Origin: Gemmatimonadota bacterium
GTDB taxonomy: Bacteria; Gemmatimonadota; Gemmatimonadetes; Longimicrobiales; Gaopeijiaceae
NCBI GenBank assembly: GCA_034521595.1
Contig: JAXHMG010000003.1
Span: 1,024,001 to 1,088,000 of the forward strand
DNA length: 64,000 nt
Direction: 5' to 3'
This document shows, piece by piece, positions 1 through 8,022 of the stretch; position 1 is the stretch's first letter; each line of letters starts with the position of its first letter. The position numbers were made by a program, and so were the translations under genes. The notes under the pieces are model-generated. The model was not told the DNA's origin, did not search any database, and was given only the letters and a program-made list of their open reading frames with translations.

Positions 1-301
1 GCCGGCATCGAGCCTCCGGTCGGCAGCCGGGGCGACTGCTACGACAACGCCCTGGCCGAGATCGGTCATCGGCCTCTTCAAAACCGAGGTCATCCGCAGG
101 GAGGGGCCCTGGAGGAACGTCGAGGACGTCGAGTTCGCGACGCTCCAATGGGTCTGGTGGTACAATCACCACCGACTGCTCGGACCCATCGGCCACGTCC
201 CACCGGCCGAGTTCGAAGAGCGGCGCTACAGTAGTTTCGAGACTCCAGCGTCGCTGGGGTCACTCAACGTAAACAGTCTCCGGTGAACCCGGAGCGGTTC
301 G
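1..301 (+). mobile_element. IS3-family element, 3' end: integrase-core transposase tail (frameshift at ~61, stop 284-286) and right terminal repeat
   Basis: Reads AGIEPPVGSRGDCYDNALAE then, after one extra base, SVIGLFKTEVIRREGPWRNVEDVEFATLQWVWWYNHHRLLGPIGHVPPAEFE; followed by CAGTCTCCGGTGAACCCGGAGCGGTTCG, an IS3/IS51-type end with CG in place of terminal CA. Confidence 0.9.
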
Positions 302-572
302 GTCCCGCTGGCGAGCATCGTCTGGAGTCTCCGGCGGCCTGGTTCATTGCGATCCCTAACGTGGCGTCTGACCTTCATGATGGCGAGGCATGCATAGTGT
401 CGTTGTTTACGACGCCATCGACGAAGCCTCGGCTGAAGCGGGATGTGCTGTGAACCCCATGCGAAGCGACGCCGTAGAATGATCCAAAAAGACGCGCCTA
501 GACCGAGTCCCAAACCCAATGCAGACGCACCATCAGCAAGGAACACGATCGCCGGGGCGAGCGGGTGATTGC

Positions 573-869
573 TCAAGCCCATCGTTTCTCCGCGATGGGC
601 GGGATCCGCGCAGCCGCTGCAACAACTGTGACGATGATGACGGCGACCGCGACAAGACCGAGCGCAAGCAGTAAAATCCCGAGCAGGCCTTGCGCCGATT
701 GGACCGCAACTTGCACGACCACCAATACGATGGCCAGCGTCGCAGCTCCGATGCGCTTCGTGCGTGCCCAAGTGATTGATTTCCGCCGGATCGGGTGACC
801 GCATCCCGGGCAAGACTTCGCTTCAGCGGAGATTTCCTTGGAACAGGCAGGACAGCGGATCAGGACCAT
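573..869 (-). CDS. Zinc-ribbon membrane protein; probably frameshifted near 590 and continuing toward the IS at ~300
   Basis: MVLIRCPACSKEISAEAKSCPGCGHP (two CxxC) then hydrophobic helices; GAGG RBS before ATG at 869; another hydrophobic segment in the adjacent frame. Confidence 0.7.
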   Translation of the reverse strand: MVLIRCPACSKEISAEAKSCPGCGHPIRRKSITWARTKRIGAATLAIVLVVVQVAVQSAQGLLGILLLALGLVAVAVIIVTVVAAAARIPPIAEKRWA

Positions 870-1083
870 GCACACCTCTCATCTCGCAGTGTGTTCCAGA
901 TTGATAACGTAGCTCATTGAACCCAAGGCTGCCTAAATCGTATTCGCCGACCGCGTAGCGGTCCGGCGGGTGTACGCGGGTCCATCATATAACGCACACG
1001 TGTCGCTCGTTGGCACCGATCCCACGGTTCCACTTATCAGCGCCGGGCGTAGGCACGCGGAATCCGACCCGAAAACACATGTC

Positions 1084-1241
1084 CTATAACGTTCAGATGT
1101 TTCCGACGTGGCCACCGCAGAAGCGCTCATCTTTCCTGAGACCTACGGAGTTCAGCTGTCAGCCTACGATGTCCGACACGCTCGAGGCCATGTAGGTCGG
1201 AGCGAACGAAGTGAGCGGAGCCGGAAACATTCTTGTTATAC
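1084..1241 (-). other. Putative integron attC recombination site (long)
   Basis: Minus strand: GTATAAC-AAGAA-TGTTTCCG ... CGGAAACA-TCTGAAC-GTTATAG, i.e. paired R''/L''...L'/R' boxes with unpaired spacers, just after the UDG-like gene. Confidence 0.65.
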
Positions 1242-1303
1242 GGCGTGTGCCGTACACTGCATCTGGCACCCTCCCGATCCTGCTGACCCTTATGGTCAGG
1301 ACC

Positions 1304-1963
1304 TTATACTGGTTGCCGCCCGTCACTGAGGATCTGGGCGGCTCGACGAAAGACGTTCAGCACCTCATCTCGTCGATCGGGTCGGCGGTTCAGGGAGCAG
1401 GCTGCTCGGGATGGTGCTGGCTTGGGGACGGCCGCCGTCGAAAGTGCGCGGACCTGCGCCTCGACACCCGTTGCGCCTTCCGCCCCAGATCGGGTCGCGG
1501 CTCTGAGGTTCGGGGAGCAGAGTCCGATCAGGGCGTGCGAGCCGTGGGGCTGCCGAATTCGTAGATCCGCCGCGTTATCCGGTCGTATCTTGGTCCCGGT
1601 CCCCACGTACCAGGGGACCACATTCCAGATAATGCTCTGGTTACGAGCGATCCCGGCCTCGTCCGACGGCATGGACATGTTGCGTGCCGAGGGGTCAGGG
1701 TTGTCCCGTGACACAAAGCCTGATTCCACCGCTTTTCCGCCTGGCGCTTCAAGAAGGAACAGAGCTTCGGCGGCAATCCCACCATCGCAAGGGTCAAAGT
1801 GCGGCGTATCGTGGTCGGGCCCAAGCTGGTTCCGTAGGTCGGCTAGGAGATCCTCCAGCGGGGCGACGTGCGGCAGACCCAGTAAGGCCATACGTCTGTT
1901 CGTCTCGCCCGGCCGCTTGAGCGCGTACGGCATCTCAGCTCCTGTAGAAAGTCGCACACTCAT
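1304..1963 (-). CDS. Uracil-DNA glycosylase superfamily protein; C-terminal part appears degraded or frameshifted
   Basis: PHFDPCDGG..ALFLLEAPG..SGFVSRDNPDPSARN..IWNVVPW motifs. Confidence 0.75.
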   Translation of the reverse strand: MSVRLSTGAEMPYALKRPGETNRRMALLGLPHVAPLEDLLADLRNQLGPDHDTPHFDPCDGGIAAEALFLLEAPGGKAVESGFVSRDNPDPSARNMSMPSDEAGIARNQSIIWNVVPWYVGTGTKIRPDNAADLRIRQPHGSHALIGLCSPNLRAATRSGAEGATGVEAQVRALSTAAVPKPAPSRAACSLNRRPDRRDEVLNVFRRAAQILSDGRQPV

Positions 1964-2222
1964 GCACGTGGCAGCTCCCTGCCGAGTGGTTCGAGCCCTC
2001 CGGCCCTCAAGGTACTTCGAGGCACATGACGGATAACTACATGTTCCCCGAGGGGACTTGTCGGGAATGCGATCCGATAGAGACGGATTCGCGACCCTCT
2101 CATGGTCGTTCCATCCCGGCTGTCAGCACACACATGGGGTCTGCTGGATCCAGCCGATCTTCTTAACTCTGCGTATTCCGGCCACGCGGCGTTGGCGGGT
2201 GATCCTTCTTCCTCTTCCGCAC

Positions 2223-2483
2223 TCATACTCCGTTCCGTCGGAGGTGGCGCCAGGCCGAGCTGTCGACTTCAGCGTCGTGGTCCGGATCGTCCGCCGTTGA
2301 GCCCTGATGCGCCAGAGACTCCCGCAGGGCGGGGCGGGGAAGCCTCCAGTCACGCCCCTGGAGCTTGTAGCCGCGGAGCTCGCCGGCGATTGGCCACCGC
2401 CGGATGGTCGACGGTGACCGCTGAACCTCCTCGGCGACCTGCTCCACACTCATGTCCCGCGTCATGGAGGGCTGCACGTCCAC
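2223..2483 (-). CDS. Excisionase-like helix-turn-helix DNA-binding protein; N-terminus may extend to ~2595 via a frameshift
   Basis: [36 protein letters not shown] resembles Xis/HTH_17. Confidence 0.7.
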   Translation of the reverse strand: MDVQPSMTRDMSVEQVAEEVQRSPSTIRRWPIAGELRGYKLQGRDWRLPRPALRESLAHQGSTADDPDHDAEVDSSAWRHLRRNGV

Positions 2484-3198
2484 AGACGGACCCTCGAGGA
2501 GCGTGGCCCAGGAGGTCTGCCCGCGTGAGCGTCACGGAGGACGCGTCGGACGGCAGGGCAGCCGCGAGCTCGGCGGAGGCGGTCGGCGAGGTTATAGGCC
2601 TACATCGCTCGATAGGCAGTCGCTCTATCGCACAACTAAGCTGGTCCTGCGACATCGTGCCAGGACCTGCGACATGGTCGAGCGAAGGTGGCTGAGGGTA
2701 CCTGTCTGGGTCGTGTCCCAGTTTCCGTATCAGTTCGGGTTGCCGGAAGTCCCCACATGCGACCACGGGGCAATGTGGGAACTTCCGGCGCACCACCTCG
2801 ATGAACCGAGGACCATCCCGCAAGCTCGACCCCTCCGGGTCCTGCTGGCGACGGAGCTTTTTGATCCGGCCGCGCCGGCGCTTCTGGTCCTTGCGCTTCC
2901 TGCGTTCCCGCTTCGGAACGCGGGTCTCCCTCCGGGGCTCCGGACGCCGGTTGTGCTCCTCCAAGGCTTCCCGAAGGCGCTCGAGGGCGCGGGCGCGATT
3001 GCGGTGCTGGCTCCGCTCCTCGCGGGCGACGACCCGGATGCCGGTGGGGTCGTGGACGAGGCGGACGGCCGACTCGGTGCGGTTCTGGTGCTGACCGCCC
3101 GGTCCCCCGGCCACGAAGGTCTCGACACGGCATTCGGCGAGCAGGGCGTCGTCGGAATCGGGGATCGGGACGGGCTCGACGGTGCCTTCGTCGGTCAT
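2350..3198 (-). CDS. arfB: ArfB/YaeJ-like peptidyl-tRNA hydrolase (release-factor GGQ domain); recognisable part ~2830-3198, rest is an unexplained extension
   Basis: [29 protein letters not shown] plus basic tail [29 protein letters not shown]. Confidence 0.8.
   Translation of the reverse strand: MTDEGTVEPVPIPDSDDALLAECRVETFVAGGPGGQHQNRTESAVRLVHDPTGIRVVAREERSQHRNRARALERLREALEEHNRRPEPRRETRVPKRERRKRKDQKRRRGRIKKLRRQQDPEGSSLRDGPRFIEVVRRKFPHCPVVACGDFRQPELIRKLGHDPDRYPQPPSLDHVAGPGTMSQDQLSCAIERLPIERCRPITSPTASAELAAALPSDASSVTLTRADLLGHAPRGSVCGRAALHDAGHECGAGRRGGSAVTVDHPAVANRRRAPRLQAPGA
2742..2789. repeat. Inverted repeat (~17-19 bp stem)
   Basis: GCCGGAAGTCCCCACATGC ... GCAATGTGGGAACTTCCGGC. Confidence 0.75.
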
Positions 3199-3337
3199 GC
3201 TGGACTCCTCGCGGCGGTCGGCCCGACCGGTGCTTTCAGCGACGGCGGTCCGGAAAGGTGGCCTCCGGTGGTATGGAACTCCCGTCGGGATCTAGGTAGT
3301 GTTCCGGCGGCACTTCTCACGTCTCGACGAGCCGCGG

Positions 3338-4420
3338 ATGATCTACGACCGGTCCGACCAGAACCCGGGGGCGAACCTCCTGTTCATGTTGGCGTGTCTC
3401 GTGGTCGTCGTCTACGGGATGCGCTTCGCGGCCGCCATCCTCCTCCCGTCGGCGTTGGCTCTGTTCCTGACCGTGCTGAGCTTGCCGGTCATGCTGTGGC
3501 TGCGCCAGCGTCACGTCCCGGGCGCGGTGGCCATCACGCTCACGGTGCTTCTGGACGTCGGGGTGATCGGGCTGCTCATCCTCATGGTGAGCCAGTCGGT
3601 CTCCGAGCTCCAGGCTCAGCTGCCCCGTTACATCAGGCAGTTCCAGGAGCTCCAGGTCACATGGTTCAGCGCGATCGAGTCGCGCACCGATTTCGCGGTG
3701 TCACAGTACCTGACGACGGACCTCGTCGACCCACTGGCGATCATCGACTTTGCCCGCGGTGCCGTGGGCCGGGTCGCCCAGTTCGTTTCGATGACCTTTC
3801 TCGTCTTCCTCATCATGGCGTTCATGCTGAGCGAGGCGATGGTCTTTCCGGAAAAGTTCCGGCATGTCGCGGGACCCGGCAAGAAGAACGAGGACCGACT
3901 CCAGAAGGTCGTGGGCGAGATTCAGACCTACCTGGGGATCAAGACGGTGATCTCCATCGCGACCGGCTTGATCCTCGGGACATGGGCTCACCTCATGGGT
4001 CTCGATTTCCCCATCCTGCTGGGGCTGATCGCGTTCGTGCTCAACTACGTGCCCACCGTGGGCTCCATTCTGGCCGCCCTGCCCGCGCTCTTCCTGAGCC
4101 TCATCCTGGTGGGGACGGTCGGTCACGCGGTGGGCGTGGCCGTCGGCTACGTGGTCGTGAACACGCTCTTCGGCAACATCTTGGAACCCACGCTCATGGG
4201 GCGCCGTCTGGGCCTCTCCACGCTGGTCGTGATCCTGTCGCTGCTGTTCTGGGGATGGGCGTGGGGGCCCCTCGGTGCGCTCCTTTCGGTGCCGCTCACC
4301 GTCGTGGTCAAGATCTGGTTGGAGAACACGAAGGACCTCAGGTGGGTAGCCGTACTCCTGGACAAGATGCCCCCTCCGGAGTCCGTCGTGGCTCCGGACT
4401 CCGCCGAACAGGCAGGTTGA
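3338..4420 (+). CDS. AI-2E family transporter
   Basis: Multi-TM; YLGIKTVIS, LNYVPTVGS, GNILEPTLMGRRLGLS, FWGWAWGPLGALLSVPLT. Confidence 0.92.
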   Translation: MIYDRSDQNPGANLLFMLACLVVVVYGMRFAAAILLPSALALFLTVLSLPVMLWLRQRHVPGAVAITLTVLLDVGVIGLLILMVSQSVSELQAQLPRYIRQFQELQVTWFSAIESRTDFAVSQYLTTDLVDPLAIIDFARGAVGRVAQFVSMTFLVFLIMAFMLSEAMVFPEKFRHVAGPGKKNEDRLQKVVGEIQTYLGIKTVISIATGLILGTWAHLMGLDFPILLGLIAFVLNYVPTVGSILAALPALFLSLILVGTVGHAVGVAVGYVVVNTLFGNILEPTLMGRRLGLSTLVVILSLLFWGWAWGPLGALLSVPLTVVVKIWLENTKDLRWVAVLLDKMPPPESVVAPDSAEQAG

Positions 4421-4422
4421 CG

Positions 4423-4929
4423 ATGGCACGCGTACCGTTCGAGACACTTCCCGACCATGGCCGACTCTGGGTCTTTCCCGCCTCGCGCTCTCTATCCGGG
4501 TCCGAGCGAGAGCAGTTGTTGAACGAGGTCGATGCGTTTCTGGAGACGTGGGCGGCGCACGGTCGTCCGCTGAAGGCGTCGCGAGAGCTCCGTGACGACC
4601 GTTTTCTCGTAGTCGGCGTCGATGTCGATGCGGCTTCGCCCTCCGGATGCTCGATCGACGCCTTGGTGAACGGGCTGGAGGAGCTGGCCGAACGATTCGG
4701 CATCACCCTCACGGACCACGCCCCGGTCCGCTATCGGGACGACGGCGAGATCCGGCAGGTGTCCCGCCCCGAGTTCCGGTCACTCGCGAAGAACGGCCGG
4801 ATCGGCCCGGACGTGAGAGTGTTCGACACGACCCTGACGACGATCGCCCAGCTTCGACAGGGTGGGCTCGAGGGCCGGGCCGCGGATACGTGGCACGGAC
4901 GGGCCTTCTTCAGCGCCCAGCTGCAGTAG
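4423..4929 (+). CDS. Conserved hypothetical protein (WAAHG / SGCSID motifs)
   Basis: Only the last 168 aa of the 825-aa track ORF look protein-like; ATG 2 nt after the upstream stop. Confidence 0.8.
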   Translation: MARVPFETLPDHGRLWVFPASRSLSGSEREQLLNEVDAFLETWAAHGRPLKASRELRDDRFLVVGVDVDAASPSGCSIDALVNGLEELAERFGITLTDHAPVRYRDDGEIRQVSRPEFRSLAKNGRIGPDVRVFDTTLTTIAQLRQGGLEGRAADTWHGRAFFSAQLQ

Positions 4930-4951
4930 CGGTCGCGCCCGCCGGCGCCTC

Positions 4952-5995
4952 TCAGCTTCGCATCCGCAGGGCGAGGAACTCCGCGATCCGCTCGTCGCCC
5001 CAGAACCGCGGTCGCCATGGGCTTCCGGCGAGGAAGCCCACGTGCCCGCCGGTTGGCTCGAGCTGCAACTCGATGTGGGGGGTTCGGGCGGCTTCCTCGC
5101 GAGGTATGGCGGCCGCCGGTAGGAAGGGATCATCCACGGCGTGCAGCAGGAGCGTGGGAACCCGCACGCTCTCCAGGTATCGGTTGCTGCTCGAATGGGC
5201 GTAGTAGTGCTCGGCGTCTTCGAAGCCGTGAAGCGGCGCCGTGATCAGGTCGTCGAAGCGGCGCAGGGTCGGAGCGGCGTAGACGGCGTCGAGGTCCACC
5301 CGGTGAGCGAGCCGTCCTGCCTTGGCGCGCACCTTGTTCTTGAGCGAATGGAGGAAGTACTCCGTGTACGCCCGCCCCATCGCGCTTTGTTCGAGGAGTG
5401 CGGAGCCAGCCGACAGATCGTAGGGCACGGACATCGCCACGGCCGCGTCGAGGAGAGCCCGTCCACCGTCCTCCCGCTCACCCATGAGCTTCAGCAGGAT
5501 GTTGCCGCCGAGGGAGAAGCCGACGGCGGCCAACCGTCGATCCGGATGGCGGTCGCGGAGTCGGGAGAGCACTGCGACGGGGTCTTCGGTGGCCCCCGAG
5601 TGGTAGAAGCGATCCGAGCTGTTCGGCTCGCCGCTGCAGCCGCGGAAGTTGAGGGCCGCCGGCCACAAACCCTTCGCTGCGAGCTCCGCGCAGACGTTCC
5701 GTACGTACCCACTCTTCGAACACCCTTCGAGCCCGTGCATGACCAGCACGATCGGCGCGTCGGGACCGGGGTCGGGGCCCCAGTCGAGGTCGAGGAAGTC
5801 ACCGTCCGCCGTGGACAGCCGTTCGCGCCTGTACACCAGCCCGTTGCCGGACCGCAGCATCCGGGCGGCCAAGGTCTGCAGGTGCGGTCCGGGCGCCCAG
5901 CGGGAAGGCCTGAACACGTCCGAGACCGTCGGCACGGAAGGATCCGCCGTCTCAGGGGACGGGGTGGGCTTTCTCAAGGGATGGACGGTTGCCAT
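4952..5995 (-). CDS. YheT-like alpha/beta hydrolase
   Basis: PHLQT, HGLEG, NFRGCSG, GFSLGG, DDPF, GGHVGF. Confidence 0.9.
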   Translation of the reverse strand: MATVHPLRKPTPSPETADPSVPTVSDVFRPSRWAPGPHLQTLAARMLRSGNGLVYRRERLSTADGDFLDLDWGPDPGPDAPIVLVMHGLEGCSKSGYVRNVCAELAAKGLWPAALNFRGCSGEPNSSDRFYHSGATEDPVAVLSRLRDRHPDRRLAAVGFSLGGNILLKLMGEREDGGRALLDAAVAMSVPYDLSAGSALLEQSAMGRAYTEYFLHSLKNKVRAKAGRLAHRVDLDAVYAAPTLRRFDDLITAPLHGFEDAEHYYAHSSSNRYLESVRVPTLLLHAVDDPFLPAAAIPREEAARTPHIELQLEPTGGHVGFLAGSPWRPRFWGDERIAEFLALRMRS

Positions 5996-6114
5996 GATGG
6001 ATGAAAGCTAATCGAAACGGGGGTGCGGTGGATCGTTGTGAGCGGTCGGGCCGACCACTGGACGGGTCGTCGCGAAGGGAGGTCCATGGCGAGCAAGCGG
6101 GGCGAGGGGTAGCG

Positions 6115-7266
6115 ATGCGCCCGCTCGGTGTGGGCGCGCTCGTCGGCGCCGTGGCCATCTGGATGGCGGTCGGGCCGGCGTTCGCTCAGTCCGGATACGA
6201 AGGTGCGGAAGCCGGCCCGCGCCCGGACACCCTGACGGCGCGCTCGACCGCGTGGTGGCTTCGGTGGGGGCCGGAGCGCCCGGACCTCCTGCGCTACAAC
6301 CGTGTCGAAGGGCTTTCGGTGGGCGTCCGGGCGGGCGTGCGCCCCTATGCCTTCGGGCGCGGCCTTCCGGTGACGACGACCGTGCGGCTGGGCACGGCCG
6401 ACCGCACCCCGAGCTTCCGTCTCGCCATCGAGCGCCCGTCGTTGCGGCGCGCGCTCTCCGTGGCCTTCTACGACGAGTTGTCCACGACCGAGCAGGGAGC
6501 GAGGCACTTCGGGCCCCTGAACTCGCTGACGAGCGCCCTCGCCGGGCGCGATGCCGGCGACTACTACCGCCGCACGGGTGTCCGGTTCGCTTGGGAGCCG
6601 CCGCCCACGGAGCACCCGACCTACGGAGTCGCGATCCACTCGGAGCGCCACGCCTCCGTGAGCGCGGAGACCCGTGCGTCGTTGGCGCGCCTGTGGCACG
6701 GGGACGGGTGGGCGTTCCGGCCCAATGTGGCGGCCGAGGAAGGCTGGGAGCACGCGCTCACCGTCGCGTGGACGCCCTGGTGGGGCCGGGATCGCCGGAG
6801 CGTGCGGGGCGGGGTCCGGACGGTCGCCGCCGCGGCGTTGGGCGACCTGAGGCATGTGCGGGCGGCCGTCCTCGGCCGCTTGGTGCTTCCGATTCCCGGA
6901 GGGATGCGGGTCGCGTTCGCGGCGGGGGGAGGAGGGGCGAGTGAGGAAGTGCCGCTCCAGCGGAGCTTCGCCGTGGGCGGTCCGTCTACGTTGCGCGGAT
7001 ATCCTTCCCGCGTCCGTGTCGGGCCCTGCCACGCGCGGGCCCGCGTCGAGCTCGAGCGTACGGTGGCACCCGGAGCGGTCGTGGCGTTTTGGGATGGCGC
7101 GTGGGCGGGAGCGTGCGACGCCTGGTCCGAAGCGAGCCCGCTGCGCTCCGTCGGGATCGGGGTGGCGTTGGTCGACGGGTTCGTGCGGGCGGATCTCGTG
7201 CGCGCTCTGGACGCTCCCGGGGCCGTCCGGCTCGAGGTCTACGTGGACGATCCCCCCTACCGGTGA
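6115..7266 (+). CDS. Outer-membrane beta-barrel (BamA/TamA surface-antigen-like)
   Basis: Signal peptide ending AFA-Q; RYNRVEGLSVG, VGGPSTLRGY, alternating beta strands. Confidence 0.65.
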   Translation: MRPLGVGALVGAVAIWMAVGPAFAQSGYEGAEAGPRPDTLTARSTAWWLRWGPERPDLLRYNRVEGLSVGVRAGVRPYAFGRGLPVTTTVRLGTADRTPSFRLAIERPSLRRALSVAFYDELSTTEQGARHFGPLNSLTSALAGRDAGDYYRRTGVRFAWEPPPTEHPTYGVAIHSERHASVSAETRASLARLWHGDGWAFRPNVAAEEGWEHALTVAWTPWWGRDRRSVRGGVRTVAAAALGDLRHVRAAVLGRLVLPIPGGMRVAFAAGGGGASEEVPLQRSFAVGGPSTLRGYPSRVRVGPCHARARVELERTVAPGAVVAFWDGAWAGACDAWSEASPLRSVGIGVALVDGFVRADLVRALDAPGAVRLEVYVDDPPYR

Positions 7267-7329
7267 GCCTCGACGGTACTTCGCACCATTCTGCACTAAA
7301 CAGCGTTACCGGCTCATCGCCCTTGTATA

Positions 7330-7365
7330 TTGACGTCCTGTCAGTCCTTGTTTACAGTGTTCACT
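7330..7365 (+). promoter_or_regulatory. Sigma-70 promoter (TTGACG-N17-TACAGT) overlapping a probable TetR operator
   Basis: -35 at 7330-7335, -10 at 7353-7358; imperfect palindrome GTTTACAGTGTTCAC. Confidence 0.7.
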
Positions 7366-8001
7366 ATGTCCGACCAACGCAGCAATATCCTGGCCCACGC
7401 TTGCGACCTCTACCTGGCCGAAGGGCTCGACGGCTTTTCCATGAGGAAGCTCGCGCGCGCGGTCGGCGTGACGGCTCCGGCGCTCTACCGGCACTTCGAG
7501 AGCCGCGAGGCCGTACTGGCGGATGTGGTGCGCGAGGCGCACCGGGCGTTTACCGCCTACCTGTACCGGGCGCTCGAAGGCCGCACGCCCGAGGAGCGCC
7601 TGACGCGGGCCGGTGAGGGGTATCTGGAGTTCGCCCTGCAGCAGCCCCGGTGGTACCAGATGGTCTTCATCGCGCCCGACCAGATCGGACAGGAAACCCT
7701 GCCCGACGACATCGAGGCACAAGGATGCGCGATCCACCAGTTCTGGGTGGATCGACTGCGGGAGTGCATGGATGCCGAGCTGTTGGCGCCCGCGGATCCC
7801 GTGGACGTGGGGCTCACGCTGTGGGCGCATGCGCACGGCCTGATCAAGCTGTACCAGAACGGGCATTTCCAGATGAACGAAGACGAATTCCGCGAGCTGT
7901 ACCGTGCCTCGGGAGCGCGGATCATGATGGGCATCGCGACGGATGCGTACCGACGAGAGCTCGCTCAACGCTTCGATGCCGAAGCGGCCACGGCGGGCTG
8001 A
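7366..8001 (+). CDS. TetR/AcrR family regulator
   Basis: GLDGFSMRKLARAVGVTAPALYRHF HTH; LWAHAHG C-terminal motif. Confidence 0.93.
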   Translation: MSDQRSNILAHACDLYLAEGLDGFSMRKLARAVGVTAPALYRHFESREAVLADVVREAHRAFTAYLYRALEGRTPEERLTRAGEGYLEFALQQPRWYQMVFIAPDQIGQETLPDDIEAQGCAIHQFWVDRLRECMDAELLAPADPVDVGLTLWAHAHGLIKLYQNGHFQMNEDEFRELYRASGARIMMGIATDAYRRELAQRFDAEAATAG

Positions 8002-8022
8002 CGAGCATATTCGGAGGATGGG

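Noticed and set aside
55-65. Programmed IS3 frameshift
   Set aside because: IS3 recoding occurs at the orfA/orfB junction, not in the integrase core, and there is no slippery run here.
1960-2226. 88-aa ORF overlapping both neighbours
   Set aside because: No recognisable motif and it spans an attC-like hairpin; cannot be supported, though not excluded.
2452-4929. 825-aa ORF
   Set aside because: Overlaps arfB antisense and the AI-2E gene out of frame; only 4423-4929 is protein-like.
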